Shown one piece after another: positions 17,430 to 26,536 of a stretch of DNA of 64,000 bases. A model generated the notes under the pieces. The model searched no databases, was not told where the DNA came from, and saw only the letters and a program-made list of their open reading frames with translations. Within the stretch, counting starts at the first letter, position 1. Every line of letters starts with the position of its first letter. This DNA comes from an uncultured Chitinophaga sp. Lineage in GTDB: Bacteria; Bacteroidota; Bacteroidia; UKL13-3. The position numbers and the translations under genes were made by a program. The stretch is taken from contig CAZRVA010000002.1 of assembly GCA_964603255.1 (NCBI GenBank), positions 1,159 to 65,158 of the forward strand. Direction: 5' to 3'.

Positions 17430-17975
17430 ATGGAAAAATCAACAGATTATATTTTATCGTTACTAGAAGTTTTAAAGTACATTATTCCGGCCGTTGTAGT
17501 TTTTGGTATTGTACAGTATATGCTTAAAAACTTTTTCGACAATGAGTATCAACGCAGACAAACTGAGCTAAAATTAGAAACCAACAAACTAATTACTCCG
17601 CTAAAATTACAAGCATACGAACGCGTGGTTATTTTGATGGAACGTATGAGTCCGAATAATTTAATTTTCAGGGTTAGCCAACCGGGCATTAGTGCTACCC
17701 AGTTAAAAATTGCATTGATTCAAGATATTAATAACGAGTTTAACCACAATGTTTCTCAGCAAGTATACGTATCGCCACAAGCTTGGCAAATGGTTCGTAT
17801 TGCTAAAGAGGAAATGATTAATATTATTAACACAGCATACAGTAGCCTTGGCCCTAATGCAGTTGGTCTTGATTTAAGCAAAGCTATTTTTGAGAACATG
17901 ATGGAGAAAGAAAGTATTCCTACCCACATGGCATTGGAGTTTTTACGCAAAGAGTTTCATTTATTGTTTGATTAA
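17430..17975 (+). CDS. Hypothetical membrane-anchored protein
   Basis: ORF 17298-17975. The 5' part overlaps ftsK and looks non-coding, so I prefer ATG 17430 ([32 protein letters not shown], one TM helix). Confidence 0.45.
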   Translation: MEKSTDYILSLLEVLKYIIPAVVVFGIVQYMLKNFFDNEYQRRQTELKLETNKLITPLKLQAYERVVILMERMSPNNLIFRVSQPGISATQLKIALIQDINNEFNHNVSQQVYVSPQAWQMVRIAKEEMINIINTAYSSLGPNAVGLDLSKAIFENMMEKESIPTHMALEFLRKEFHLLFD

Positions 17976-18010
17976 TCAATTGTAGGTTCTTACACCTTTA
18001 TACGTTTTTT

Positions 18011-19561
18011 ATGAGCGACAAAAGAATTACCGATTCAGGAATCGAAATCCAATCGTTATACACCACTCCAATTAAAATGGAGGATTTATCAGGACAGTTT
18101 CCATACACCCGCGGAATACAGCCCGACATGTATCGTGGTCGTCATTGGACCATGCGTCAGTACGCAGGTTTTAGTACTGCAGAAGAAAGCAACAAACGAT
18201 ACAAGTACTTGCTAGCTAACGGCACCATGGGTTTGAGTGTGGCGTTTGATTTACCAACACAAATTGGTTACGATAGCACACACATGATGAGTGAAGGTGA
18301 AGTTGGAAAAGTTGGTGTAGCTATTGATACTTTACGCGATATAGAAATTTTATTTGATGGTATTGAGTTGGAAAAAATCACCACATCAATGACTATCAAT
18401 GCTACTGCCTCTACCCTATTGGCTATGTACATTGCCTTGGCAAAAAAACAAGGTGCAGATATTCAAAAAATTTCTGGAACTATTCAAAACGATATCTTGA
18501 AAGAATACGCTGCACGCGGTACTTACATTTATCCGCCTAAGCCAAGCATGCGCATTATTACTGATATTTTTGAGTATTGCAGTAAAGAGGTTCCTAAATG
18601 GAATACCATATCTATTAGTGGTTACCACATACGCGAAGCCGGAAGTACCGCAGTTCAAGAAATTGCATTTACTTTAAGCAACGCCAAAGCATATGCGCAA
18701 GCTGCAATTGAAAAAGGATTAGACATTAATGTTTTCGGACAACGTTTATCGTTTTTCTTTAACGCTCATAACAACTTTTTTGAAGAGATTGCTAAGTTCC
18801 GCGCAGCACGTAGGATGTGGGCTAAAATGGCCAAAGAACTTGGAGCTACAAATCCTAAAGCACAAATGTTACGTTTCCACACACAAACCGGAGGAAGTAC
18901 TTTACAAGCGCAACAAGCTGATACCAATATTGTACGTGTTACCCTACAAGCTTTAGCTGCTGTAATGGGCGGTACACAAAGTTTGCATACCAATGGATTT
19001 GATGAAGCATTAAGTTTACCTACCGAAAATGCTGCTCGTATTGCTTTACGTACACAACAAATAATTGCGTATGAAAGTGGCGTAGTAGATACTGTTGACC
19101 CAATGGGCGGAAGTTATTTTGTAGAAGAACTAACCAACCAAATTGAAGCCGAAGCATGGAAATACATCGAAAAAATTGATGCCATGGGTGGTGCAGTAAG
19201 TGCCATTGAGGAAGGTTACATGCAAAAAGAAATTGCAGATGCGAGCTACCGCTATCAAACAGCAATTGAAAATAATGAGAAAGTAATTGTAGGCGTTAAT
19301 AAATTCACAGTTCAAGAAGAAGTTGCTCCTCCGCTATTTAAAGTGGATGATAGCATCCGAAAAATTCAAACCAAAAAAATTGCTAAGGTTAAAGCCGACC
19401 GCGATGAAAATAATGTTCAGCAGCTTTTGGCCAAATTAGAACAAAACGCAAAAGATGGCAGCAACGTAATGCCAACTATCATTGAGTCGGTTGAAGCTTA
19501 TGCAACTTTGGGTGAAGTAGCAGATGTGTTCCGCAAAACATTTGGTGAATACAGGGCATAA
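18011..19561 (+). CDS. Methylmalonyl-CoA mutase family, large (substrate-binding TIM-barrel) subunit without a B12-binding domain
   Basis: 516 aa: [38 protein letters not shown]...[16 protein letters not shown]. No C-terminal DxHxxG cobalamin-binding module. Confidence 0.85.
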   Translation: MSDKRITDSGIEIQSLYTTPIKMEDLSGQFPYTRGIQPDMYRGRHWTMRQYAGFSTAEESNKRYKYLLANGTMGLSVAFDLPTQIGYDSTHMMSEGEVGKVGVAIDTLRDIEILFDGIELEKITTSMTINATASTLLAMYIALAKKQGADIQKISGTIQNDILKEYAARGTYIYPPKPSMRIITDIFEYCSKEVPKWNTISISGYHIREAGSTAVQEIAFTLSNAKAYAQAAIEKGLDINVFGQRLSFFFNAHNNFFEEIAKFRAARRMWAKMAKELGATNPKAQMLRFHTQTGGSTLQAQQADTNIVRVTLQALAAVMGGTQSLHTNGFDEALSLPTENAARIALRTQQIIAYESGVVDTVDPMGGSYFVEELTNQIEAEAWKYIEKIDAMGGAVSAIEEGYMQKEIADASYRYQTAIENNEKVIVGVNKFTVQEEVAPPLFKVDDSIRKIQTKKIAKVKADRDENNVQQLLAKLEQNAKDGSNVMPTIIESVEAYATLGEVADVFRKTFGEYRA

Positions 19562-19572
19562 TTAATACAACT

Positions 19573-20658
19573 ATGAATAAGAATCCAAACCATATCAGTT
19601 CACTTTTAATCGAGAACTTTAAGTCTGTTAAACACCTCGAAATTAGCCCAAGGCGAATTAACATTTTTGTTGGAAAACCTAATGTGGGTAAAAGCAATAT
19701 ACTTGAGGCCATATCGATGTTATCGAACACATCTACCATCAATGATGTGGTTAGATTCTCTCATACTTACCAATTGTTTTATGATAATGATGTCACTCAG
19801 CCGGTTAAGATATTTACGAATTTGATTTCTGCTATATTATCTTCTGAAAATCAATCAACAGGATTTAGGTATTTAATCGGAAATGTTGGGAAAATTATCG
19901 AAGCAACACTCAAACTAATTGAAGATGGAAATTTTTTTTCGTTAAATGATTCTATTTCACCACAAGTAAAAATTAATAATCAGAATCTAAGTATTAATCG
20001 AAAAATTATTGATGAATTGGGTAAAATATATCATCACGAAAGTTATGGAATAAACCTTGAAAGCAACATAAAGCGCTATTCTTTTTCATCAAGGAGCAGT
20101 GCATTGTCAAATTCATTTAATTCAGGTTTTTTAAACCCGCCACATGGCGATAACTTATTCACCATCTTGTCTACTAATAAATCATTAAGACAAGATGTGG
20201 TTTCCTTTTTTGAAGAGTATGGTTTGGAGTTTTTGATTGACCAAGCCAACAAAACATTTGAAATTCAAAAAAGAATTGACGGATTGTCTTACAAATATTC
20301 TTACGATTTAATTGCAGATACTTTAAAAAGAATAATTTTCTATTTAGCTGCAATAAAATCAAACAAAAATGCTGTAATTTTATTGGAAGAACCCGAGGCT
20401 CACTGCTTTCCTCCCTATATTGCAAGGATTGCCAAGGAAGTTATTGAAGCAGAAACCAACCAATTTTTCATTGCAACGCACAGTCCTTATTTATTAAACA
20501 CAATAATAGAAAATTCAAAATTTGAGGATATAGCTGTATACGTGAGTTCGTTTAGTGATTATCAAACCAAGGTTAGAAAACTAACTGATGAAGAGTTGAC
20601 AGAAATGCTTGATTTTGGCACGGATGTTTTCTTTAATTATGATGCCTTTGTAGAATAA
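19573..20658 (+). CDS. ABC/SMC-like (OLD-family type, AAA_15/AAA_21-like) ATPase
   Basis: 361 aa with Walker A GKPNVGKS (19672-19695), signature-like IADTLKRII, Walker B VILLEEPE (20374-20397) and H-loop ATHSPYLL. Confidence 0.7.
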   Translation: MNKNPNHISSLLIENFKSVKHLEISPRRINIFVGKPNVGKSNILEAISMLSNTSTINDVVRFSHTYQLFYDNDVTQPVKIFTNLISAILSSENQSTGFRYLIGNVGKIIEATLKLIEDGNFFSLNDSISPQVKINNQNLSINRKIIDELGKIYHHESYGINLESNIKRYSFSSRSSALSNSFNSGFLNPPHGDNLFTILSTNKSLRQDVVSFFEEYGLEFLIDQANKTFEIQKRIDGLSYKYSYDLIADTLKRIIFYLAAIKSNKNAVILLEEPEAHCFPPYIARIAKEVIEAETNQFFIATHSPYLLNTIIENSKFEDIAVYVSSFSDYQTKVRKLTDEELTEMLDFGTDVFFNYDAFVE

Positions 20659-20667
20659 CCCTTGCCT

Positions 20668-21162
20668 ATGGACACGAGAATCATACCCGAATGTTACATA
20701 GATACAACACTTATTGAAGTGCTTGGATTTGGAAAAACTAATCATAAACTCAACAATAGCGAGGTAATTAAAACACTAGAACAAAACGGCTACAACAATA
20801 CAATTGGCATTGGGCTTATCGACAGAGATAAAAATCAACCACGAAGTTTAAAAGAAAAGTACCAAGTTATTAGGAGACTAGATGATTTAGAACTTTACCA
20901 AAAACGTGATAACTCAAAACGCTTTATAATCGTCCATCCAGTTATCGAAAAATGGATAGATGATGAAGCTGAAAAATATCAAATAAGTAGAGTTAAATAC
21001 GGCTTACCACAAGACTTCAAAGCTTTTAAAAATATCACCAAAGACATCAACATCGGTAAGAAGCCCGGTATTAAAAATTATTTGAGTGCTATTCAAAATC
21101 AACAAAACTCAGGCTTTAAAAAACTTAAAGACCTTATCACAGACTTACTAAACAATGCGTAG
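20668..21162 (+). CDS. Small Toprim-like protein (DUF4435/RloB/DUF4276-like candidate), partner of the upstream ATPase
   Basis: 164 aa from ATG 20668 (ORF track TTG 20662). N-terminal IIPECYIDT (Glu codon 20689-20691), GLIDRDKN (DxD, 20821-20829) and FIIVHPVIEKW. The E...DxD spacing fits a Toprim fold. Confidence 0.5.
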   Translation: MDTRIIPECYIDTTLIEVLGFGKTNHKLNNSEVIKTLEQNGYNNTIGIGLIDRDKNQPRSLKEKYQVIRRLDDLELYQKRDNSKRFIIVHPVIEKWIDDEAEKYQISRVKYGLPQDFKAFKNITKDINIGKKPGIKNYLSAIQNQQNSGFKKLKDLITDLLNNA

Positions 21163-21892
21163 CTCTCATCTAAAATACGTCTTATGGTTGATGCTGGCTG
21201 TTGTATCTTGCAGCGGACCTTATCAACTGGCCAAACACAACGACAACAATATTAAAGTAATTGCCGATAGCCTGCAATTGTATGATACTGCCATTGCCAA
21301 CTTAATTGCACCATACAAGTTAAAACTTGATGCGCAAATGAATGAGGTAATTGGCGAAGCAGAAAACACCTTAACCAAAGAATTGCCCGATGGTACATTA
21401 GGTAACTTTGTTGCAGACGCCTGTTTGTGGTACGCACAAAATAACATTACTGCTCAAGCAGATTTTTGTGTGTTAAACTCAGGAGGGGTGCGCATACCCA
21501 ACATACAAAAAGGCAATATAACAGTTGGTAAAATATACGAGTTAATGCCCTTTGATAATTTAATTGAGGTGGTTGAATTAGACGGTAAATCTTGTAAAGA
21601 GCTTTTTACTTGGATAGCAAAATGGAAGGGCGCACCTGTTAGCGGAATTGAACTTACCTTAGATAAAGGCGAAGCAACAAACATCAAAATTAACGGGCAA
21701 AACTTTAACGAATCAAAAACTTACTTAGTAGCAACTACAGATTATGTAGCAAATGGAGGCGATAATGCTACCATGTTTGCCAGAGGAAAACGCAGCAATA
21801 ATAACTACAAGTTGCGCGATGCCTTGATTGATTACGTAAAGAATAAACAAACCATTAAAGCCAATAACAATGGACGCATCAAACAAAATTAA
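21155..21892 (+). CDS. 5'-nucleotidase C-terminal (substrate-binding) domain lipoprotein
   Basis: 245 aa with lipobox LMLAVVSC|SGP. GNFVADACLWY...VLNSGGVRIPN..GNITVGKIYELMPFDN matches the UshA-type 5'-nucleotidase_C domain. Confidence 0.75.
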   Translation: MRSSHLKYVLWLMLAVVSCSGPYQLAKHNDNNIKVIADSLQLYDTAIANLIAPYKLKLDAQMNEVIGEAENTLTKELPDGTLGNFVADACLWYAQNNITAQADFCVLNSGGVRIPNIQKGNITVGKIYELMPFDNLIEVVELDGKSCKELFTWIAKWKGAPVSGIELTLDKGEATNIKINGQNFNESKTYLVATTDYVANGGDNATMFARGKRSNNNYKLRDALIDYVKNKQTIKANNNGRIKQN

Positions 21893-22817
21893 CAGAAGGG
21901 GCTTTATTAAAACCGGAGCCAAACTTGGTGCATTGGCTTTGTTAAATGAGTTTCCGTTAAGTGCATTAGCCAAACCAGATTTGGTTAAAATAAGTATACT
22001 GCACACCAACGATTGGCACAGCCGCATCGAGGCTTTTCCTAAAGACGGTGGGAGATTTGCCGGCATGGGTGGTGCTGCAACACGTGCAGCCTTAATCAAA
22101 AAGATACGCAGTGAAGAAGAACATGTGTTGTTGTTAGATGCAGGAGATATATTTCAAGGTACACCCTACTTTAATTTTTTTGAAGGTGAACTTGAATACA
22201 AATTAATGAGCGAAATGGGTTATGATGCCGTAACCCTTGGTAATCATGACTTCGATAATGGCATTGAAGGTATCATCAATCAATTACAACACGCCAAATT
22301 CGATATTATAAACTGTAACTACGATTTTAGTAAAACCCTTTTGGCCGATAAGGTTAAGCCTTACCGCATATTTAAAAAAGGTGGTGTTAAAATTGGTTTA
22401 ATTGGAGTAGGTATTGAGTTAGAAGGATTGGTACCTAAAGATTTATATGGGGATATTATTTACCGTAACCCGGTTGATCTTGCCAGTAAACTAGCCAAAG
22501 AGCTAAAAACAGAAAAAAAATGTGACGCAGTTATTTGTTTATCGCACCTTGGTTTTGAATACCAAAACGATAAACTAAGCGATAAAAAACTGGCCGAAAA
22601 ATCATCATATATTGATTTGATAATTGGTGGCCATACCCACACATTTTTACCTAAACCTATTACCATAAGAAACCAACAGAATAAAGACGTAATTATCAAC
22701 CAAGTAGGTTGGGCAGGTTTACAACTTGGCAAGATAGATTTATTTTTTGATAGTGCTAAAAGCCTAGTAAACACTGGTATAGGCGCTAATCTATACATAA
22801 ACCCAAAACAGTGTTGA
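21870..22817 (+). CDS. Metallophosphoesterase (UshA-type N-terminal catalytic domain) with a twin-arginine signal
   Basis: 315 aa with Tat motif NRRGFIKTGAKLGALALL and metallophosphatase motifs ILHTNDWHS, DAGDIFQGT, GNHDFDNG, GGHTHT. Confidence 0.75.
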   Translation: MDASNKINRRGFIKTGAKLGALALLNEFPLSALAKPDLVKISILHTNDWHSRIEAFPKDGGRFAGMGGAATRAALIKKIRSEEEHVLLLDAGDIFQGTPYFNFFEGELEYKLMSEMGYDAVTLGNHDFDNGIEGIINQLQHAKFDIINCNYDFSKTLLADKVKPYRIFKKGGVKIGLIGVGIELEGLVPKDLYGDIIYRNPVDLASKLAKELKTEKKCDAVICLSHLGFEYQNDKLSDKKLAEKSSYIDLIIGGHTHTFLPKPITIRNQQNKDVIINQVGWAGLQLGKIDLFFDSAKSLVNTGIGANLYINPKQC

Positions 22818-23046
22818 AACACGTTGATAATTGTACCTACAAGTGTAAGTTTTAAACACAAAATGATGGGTTATAAACAAAATTTTTAGTTTAAAATGTC
22901 GCATTTTTAGGCAGGTCTATTTTTAAAAAAACAACAAATACAATCACTTACACGGTTATTCAATTTTCCAAACAAAATATCAGTCAAAAAAAATTTTTTT
23001 ATTAACAATAAATACTCCATTTTCACAAACGAAAAGAGTATTAATT

Positions 23047-24483
23047 ATGACTGATAAAACTGCCGAAAGTGTTTGGAATAACTGTTTGAAACTGATTCAA
23101 GACAACGTATCACCACAAAGTTTCAAAACATGGTTTGAGCCAATCAAACCCGTAAAACTCGACAATAAGATATTGACTATACAAGTTCCAAGTCAGTTTT
23201 TTTATGAGTGGTTAGAAGAACACTATGTTACCTTATTAAAAAAGACCTTAAAACAAGAATTAGGTCCAGGCTCTAGATTAGAGTACAATATTATAGTGGA
23301 GAACAGCAGCAACAATGCTAACCCATACGTTGTTAATTTACCCGGCAGTAACAACCATAAATCAGATACTCAAAATGTAGGTATGCCGCTTAACTTAAGC
23401 AGCAATATCAAAAATCCTTTTATTATACCGGGTTTAAAAAAGGTTAATATAGATAGTAACTTAAATCCATCTTTAAACTTCGATACTTTTATTGAAGGTG
23501 ATTGTAACCGTTTAGCCCGTTCGGCAGGTTTTGCGGTTGCTAACAAACCTGGTGGTACTTCGTTTAACCCTTTAATGATTTTTAGCGAAACCGGATTGGG
23601 TAAAACCCACTTGGTACAAGCTATAGGTAACATGATTAAGCAAAACAGCAAAAACAAAGTTGTATTGTATGTGCCTGTAGAGAAATTTACTAACCAATAC
23701 GTGGAGTCGGTTCGCAACAACAGCAGTCAAGACTTTTTAAACTTTTACCAAAACGTTGATGTATTAATAGTTGATGATGTTCAGTTTTTGGAGAACAAAC
23801 AAAAAACGCAAGAAATCTTCTTCACCATTTTCAATCACTTACACCAACAAGGTAAACAAATAATATTAACCAGCGACCGTGCGCCTAAAGATCTAAAGGG
23901 TATGGACGAGCGTTTGTTATCGCGTTTTAAATGGGGTTTATCATGCGATTTACAACAACCAGATTTTGAAACACGCCTAAGTATATTAGAAACCATGATG
24001 TACAATGATGGTATTACTTTAAGCAGAGATGTGGTTGAGTACGTTGCACACAACATTAATAACAACATACGTGAGTTACGTGGAGCATTGGTTTCGTTAT
24101 TGGCACAAGCATCATTAAACCGCAAAGAAGTTACGCTTGAATTGGCTAAACAGATCTTGAAAAACTTCGTTAAAAATTCTTCACGCGAAATTTCAATTGA
24201 GTTTATTCAAAAATTAGTTTGCGATTACTTCACCATTCCGGTTGATTTGGTAAAATCAAAAACACGTAAACGCGAAATTGTACAAGCCCGTCAAATCTCA
24301 ATGTATTACGCAAAAGATTTAACAAAGGCATCGTTAAAAACCATTGGTATGCACTTTGGTGGCAGAGATCACTCTACAGTTATACATGCTTGCCAAACTG
24401 TTAACGATTTAATTGAAACAGACAAAAAGTTTAAATCAGATATTGAAGAAATAGGAAAGCGTATTAAAATCAACTTGGTTTAA
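23047..24483 (+). CDS. dnaA: Chromosomal replication initiator protein DnaA
   Basis: 478 aa with Walker A SETGLGKTHL, Walker B LIVDDVQFL, sensor/box VII region and C-terminal DNA-binding HTH (IGMHFGGRDHSTVIHA). Confidence 0.95.
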   Translation: MTDKTAESVWNNCLKLIQDNVSPQSFKTWFEPIKPVKLDNKILTIQVPSQFFYEWLEEHYVTLLKKTLKQELGPGSRLEYNIIVENSSNNANPYVVNLPGSNNHKSDTQNVGMPLNLSSNIKNPFIIPGLKKVNIDSNLNPSLNFDTFIEGDCNRLARSAGFAVANKPGGTSFNPLMIFSETGLGKTHLVQAIGNMIKQNSKNKVVLYVPVEKFTNQYVESVRNNSSQDFLNFYQNVDVLIVDDVQFLENKQKTQEIFFTIFNHLHQQGKQIILTSDRAPKDLKGMDERLLSRFKWGLSCDLQQPDFETRLSILETMMYNDGITLSRDVVEYVAHNINNNIRELRGALVSLLAQASLNRKEVTLELAKQILKNFVKNSSREISIEFIQKLVCDYFTIPVDLVKSKTRKREIVQARQISMYYAKDLTKASLKTIGMHFGGRDHSTVIHACQTVNDLIETDKKFKSDIEEIGKRIKINLV

Positions 24484-24507
24484 TATTACTTCTTTAAAAT
24501 ATACATG

Positions 24508-24538
24508 AGAGCTGCAATTATTTTGCGGCTCTTTTTTT
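24508..24538 (+). terminator. Rho-independent terminator after dnaA
   Basis: 10-bp stem AGAGCTGCAA (24508-24517) / TTGCGGCTCT (24523-24532) with one G-U pair and a 5-nt loop, followed by a T7 run. Confidence 0.7.
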
Positions 24539-24662
24539 AGTGTTGATAATGTATATTAAGTGTTTCTAATTCAATAAATACATGAACAATCAATTTTTAA
24601 AAGTATATTACTTCGCCAATCAACTGGTAAAACAAGAAACTTAAAGATATTGGAGCTACTGC

Positions 24663-25436
24663 ATGAAATTATCTATCATTCATAACGAACTATTGTTGGA
24701 TTACCTGCAAGTAATTCCAGATGATATACAACAGTGCTTTGATGCATTGAAAGATGCAGAAATTTCTACACCTAACTTCAGCTTTTATACCTCGGTTGCT
24801 TCGGTTTTTAGTAGTAAGATTGAAGGTGAAAATATTGAATTAGATTCATACATCAAACACAAACGAGACGCGATTCCTTTTCAACCCAATTACACAAAAA
24901 AAATTGATGACTTATACGATGCTTACGTTTTTGCCCAGCACAACACACTAAACGAAAGCAACATTAAAGAAGTACATAAACTTTTAAGTAAGCATCTTGT
25001 AGAACAAACATGGCTAGGTAAATACCGTACTCAAAAAATGTACGTGGCCACTGATGATGGTAGGATTGAATACGTGGCAGCTTTACCACAAATAGTTCCA
25101 ACAGAAATGGAATTATTTTACAACGACATAAAAACACTTCTATTTGCTGAGTTAAACATTAACGAAGTGCTCTTTTATGCCGCTATGATACACCTGGTAT
25201 TTGTAAAAATACACCCTTGGAATGATGGAAACGGCAGAAACGCCCGTTTATTAGAAAAGTGGTTTTTAGCAGAAAAACTAGGCCCAAAAGCATGGTTTAT
25301 TCAAAGCGAAAAAATGTATTACAACCAACACAAAACCTACTACAAAAACTTAAGAAGATTGGGATTGGAATACGAGCACTTAAACTATTTAGAAGCATTA
25401 CCCTTTTTGTTGATGTTACCTAATAGTTTAAAATAA
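24663..25436 (+). CDS. Fic/DOC family protein, class II (intramolecular inhibitory helix)
   Basis: 257 aa with Fic active-site motif HPWNDGNGRNAR (25212-25247) and an N-terminal inhibitory motif S-x-x-x-E-G (SSKIEG, 24810-24827). Confidence 0.8.
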   Translation: MKLSIIHNELLLDYLQVIPDDIQQCFDALKDAEISTPNFSFYTSVASVFSSKIEGENIELDSYIKHKRDAIPFQPNYTKKIDDLYDAYVFAQHNTLNESNIKEVHKLLSKHLVEQTWLGKYRTQKMYVATDDGRIEYVAALPQIVPTEMELFYNDIKTLLFAELNINEVLFYAAMIHLVFVKIHPWNDGNGRNARLLEKWFLAEKLGPKAWFIQSEKMYYNQHKTYYKNLRRLGLEYEHLNYLEALPFLLMLPNSLK

Positions 25437-25476
25437 ACACTAAAACACCATTGATAACTAAGTAACACTTACTCAT

Positions 25477-25509
25477 AAAAAAAGCCTCTTTAGAGGCTTT
25501 TATATTTTT
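25477..25509. terminator. Bidirectional Rho-independent terminator
   Basis: An A-run, then stem AAGCCTC (25482-88) / GAGGCTT (25493-99) with loop TTTA, then a T-rich run. It sits between convergent genes. Confidence 0.65.
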
Positions 25510-26518
25510 ACTTCACCGCTTTAAAATCACTCAACTTTTTAATTACACGGCCAAAGTTGTAGTTCTGCACGTACACCATGTTTTTGTCGTTATTAATAAA
25601 GCCGAAATACTTATCGGTGTCGAAAGTTAATTCGTTGCCTTGGTCATCATAACGGCTTTTGGTTTTGGCATCCACACCTTTAATGTGTAGTTTTAATTCC
25701 TGTGTTTTGCCTTTCTTATCCTCCACTTTTATCACACAATACGCATCGCCTTTTGAAATGGAATCGTGCTGTGCTGAGGTAAAATTATCATCATAAGCCT
25801 CGGCAAATAATTGCGTAAAACTACCTGCATAATATTTTAAGAAGTTCACATCAGCTTGCACCACATTGCCTTGAGCATCCTTTAATACAGGCGTTGCTCC
25901 GGTATTGTCTATGTTAAATGACTCATTTGGTGTGATTGGATAATTAACAGTTACTTTAGCAACATCTTCAAACTTGGTATCAAAAATCAACTTGCTTTTC
26001 CATTTAACCGGATTAGTTGGAAAGCGAGGTGTTAAATAACCAACAAACCCAGGTATATGAGTAACAAAAGGTGTTTCGGCACCTTCAATCATCATAAATG
26101 TACCCGATTGGTCCAAGGTCATTTGCCCAACATAAATCGTTTTTAACAAATCATCACCCGTATAAAACTCAACCTTAATACCGGCTGCAGTTAATTCTTT
26201 AATTACTGTATTAAACTCGTTTTCACCAAGCGGGTTACGCATCTTAATATCGTGCATGGTTTCTAATATCAAGTTAACCTTGGTCATATCGGCAGCAACA
26301 GTATTATCGGCCATCCACGAGCCATCAGCTTGTTTAGTTAACAATACTTTTCCTCCACGTGGGTCTGCTAAAAACATTTTTGTAATAGCACCCGTATCTG
26401 CAATGGCAAAATCAGTTCCATCTCCGTTGTATGATTTCCATGGTTTACGAACTACCAAAAAATATAAGGCTGCAGCAGCCACCATCAATACCAATAATAT
26501 TTTAATTTGTTTACTCAT
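25508..26518 (-). CDS. GldG-associated protein (DUF4340-like)
   Basis: 336 aa with an N-terminal TM anchor (ILLVLMVAAAALYFLVV). It is the last gene of the gldA-gldF-gldG operon, the position usually occupied by DUF4340 proteins. Confidence 0.5.
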   Translation of the reverse strand: MSKQIKILLVLMVAAAALYFLVVRKPWKSYNGDGTDFAIADTGAITKMFLADPRGGKVLLTKQADGSWMADNTVAADMTKVNLILETMHDIKMRNPLGENEFNTVIKELTAAGIKVEFYTGDDLLKTIYVGQMTLDQSGTFMMIEGAETPFVTHIPGFVGYLTPRFPTNPVKWKSKLIFDTKFEDVAKVTVNYPITPNESFNIDNTGATPVLKDAQGNVVQADVNFLKYYAGSFTQLFAEAYDDNFTSAQHDSISKGDAYCVIKVEDKKGKTQELKLHIKGVDAKTKSRYDDQGNELTFDTDKYFGFINNDKNMVYVQNYNFGRVIKKLSDFKAVK

Positions 26519-26536
26519 ACCTGTTACCTAAAAATG

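Noticed and set aside
21155-22817. Interpreting the two nucleotidase-domain genes as a frameshifted pseudogene of a single ushA.
   Set aside because: The domain order is reversed relative to UshA, and each ORF starts with its own export signal (lipobox versus twin-arginine). A single frameshift cannot produce this arrangement.
22818-23046. Possible oriC with DnaA boxes in the 229-bp region upstream of dnaA, which includes an A8T7 tract at about 22986-23001; the 24484-24662 region downstream was also considered.
   Set aside because: I found no exact TTATCCACA/TGTGGATAA boxes. There are only scattered 2-mismatch matches (for example TTATAAACA at 22871 and TTTTCCAAA at 22964), which are expected by chance in AT-rich DNA. 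The origin cannot be placed here without GC-skew and box-cluster computation.
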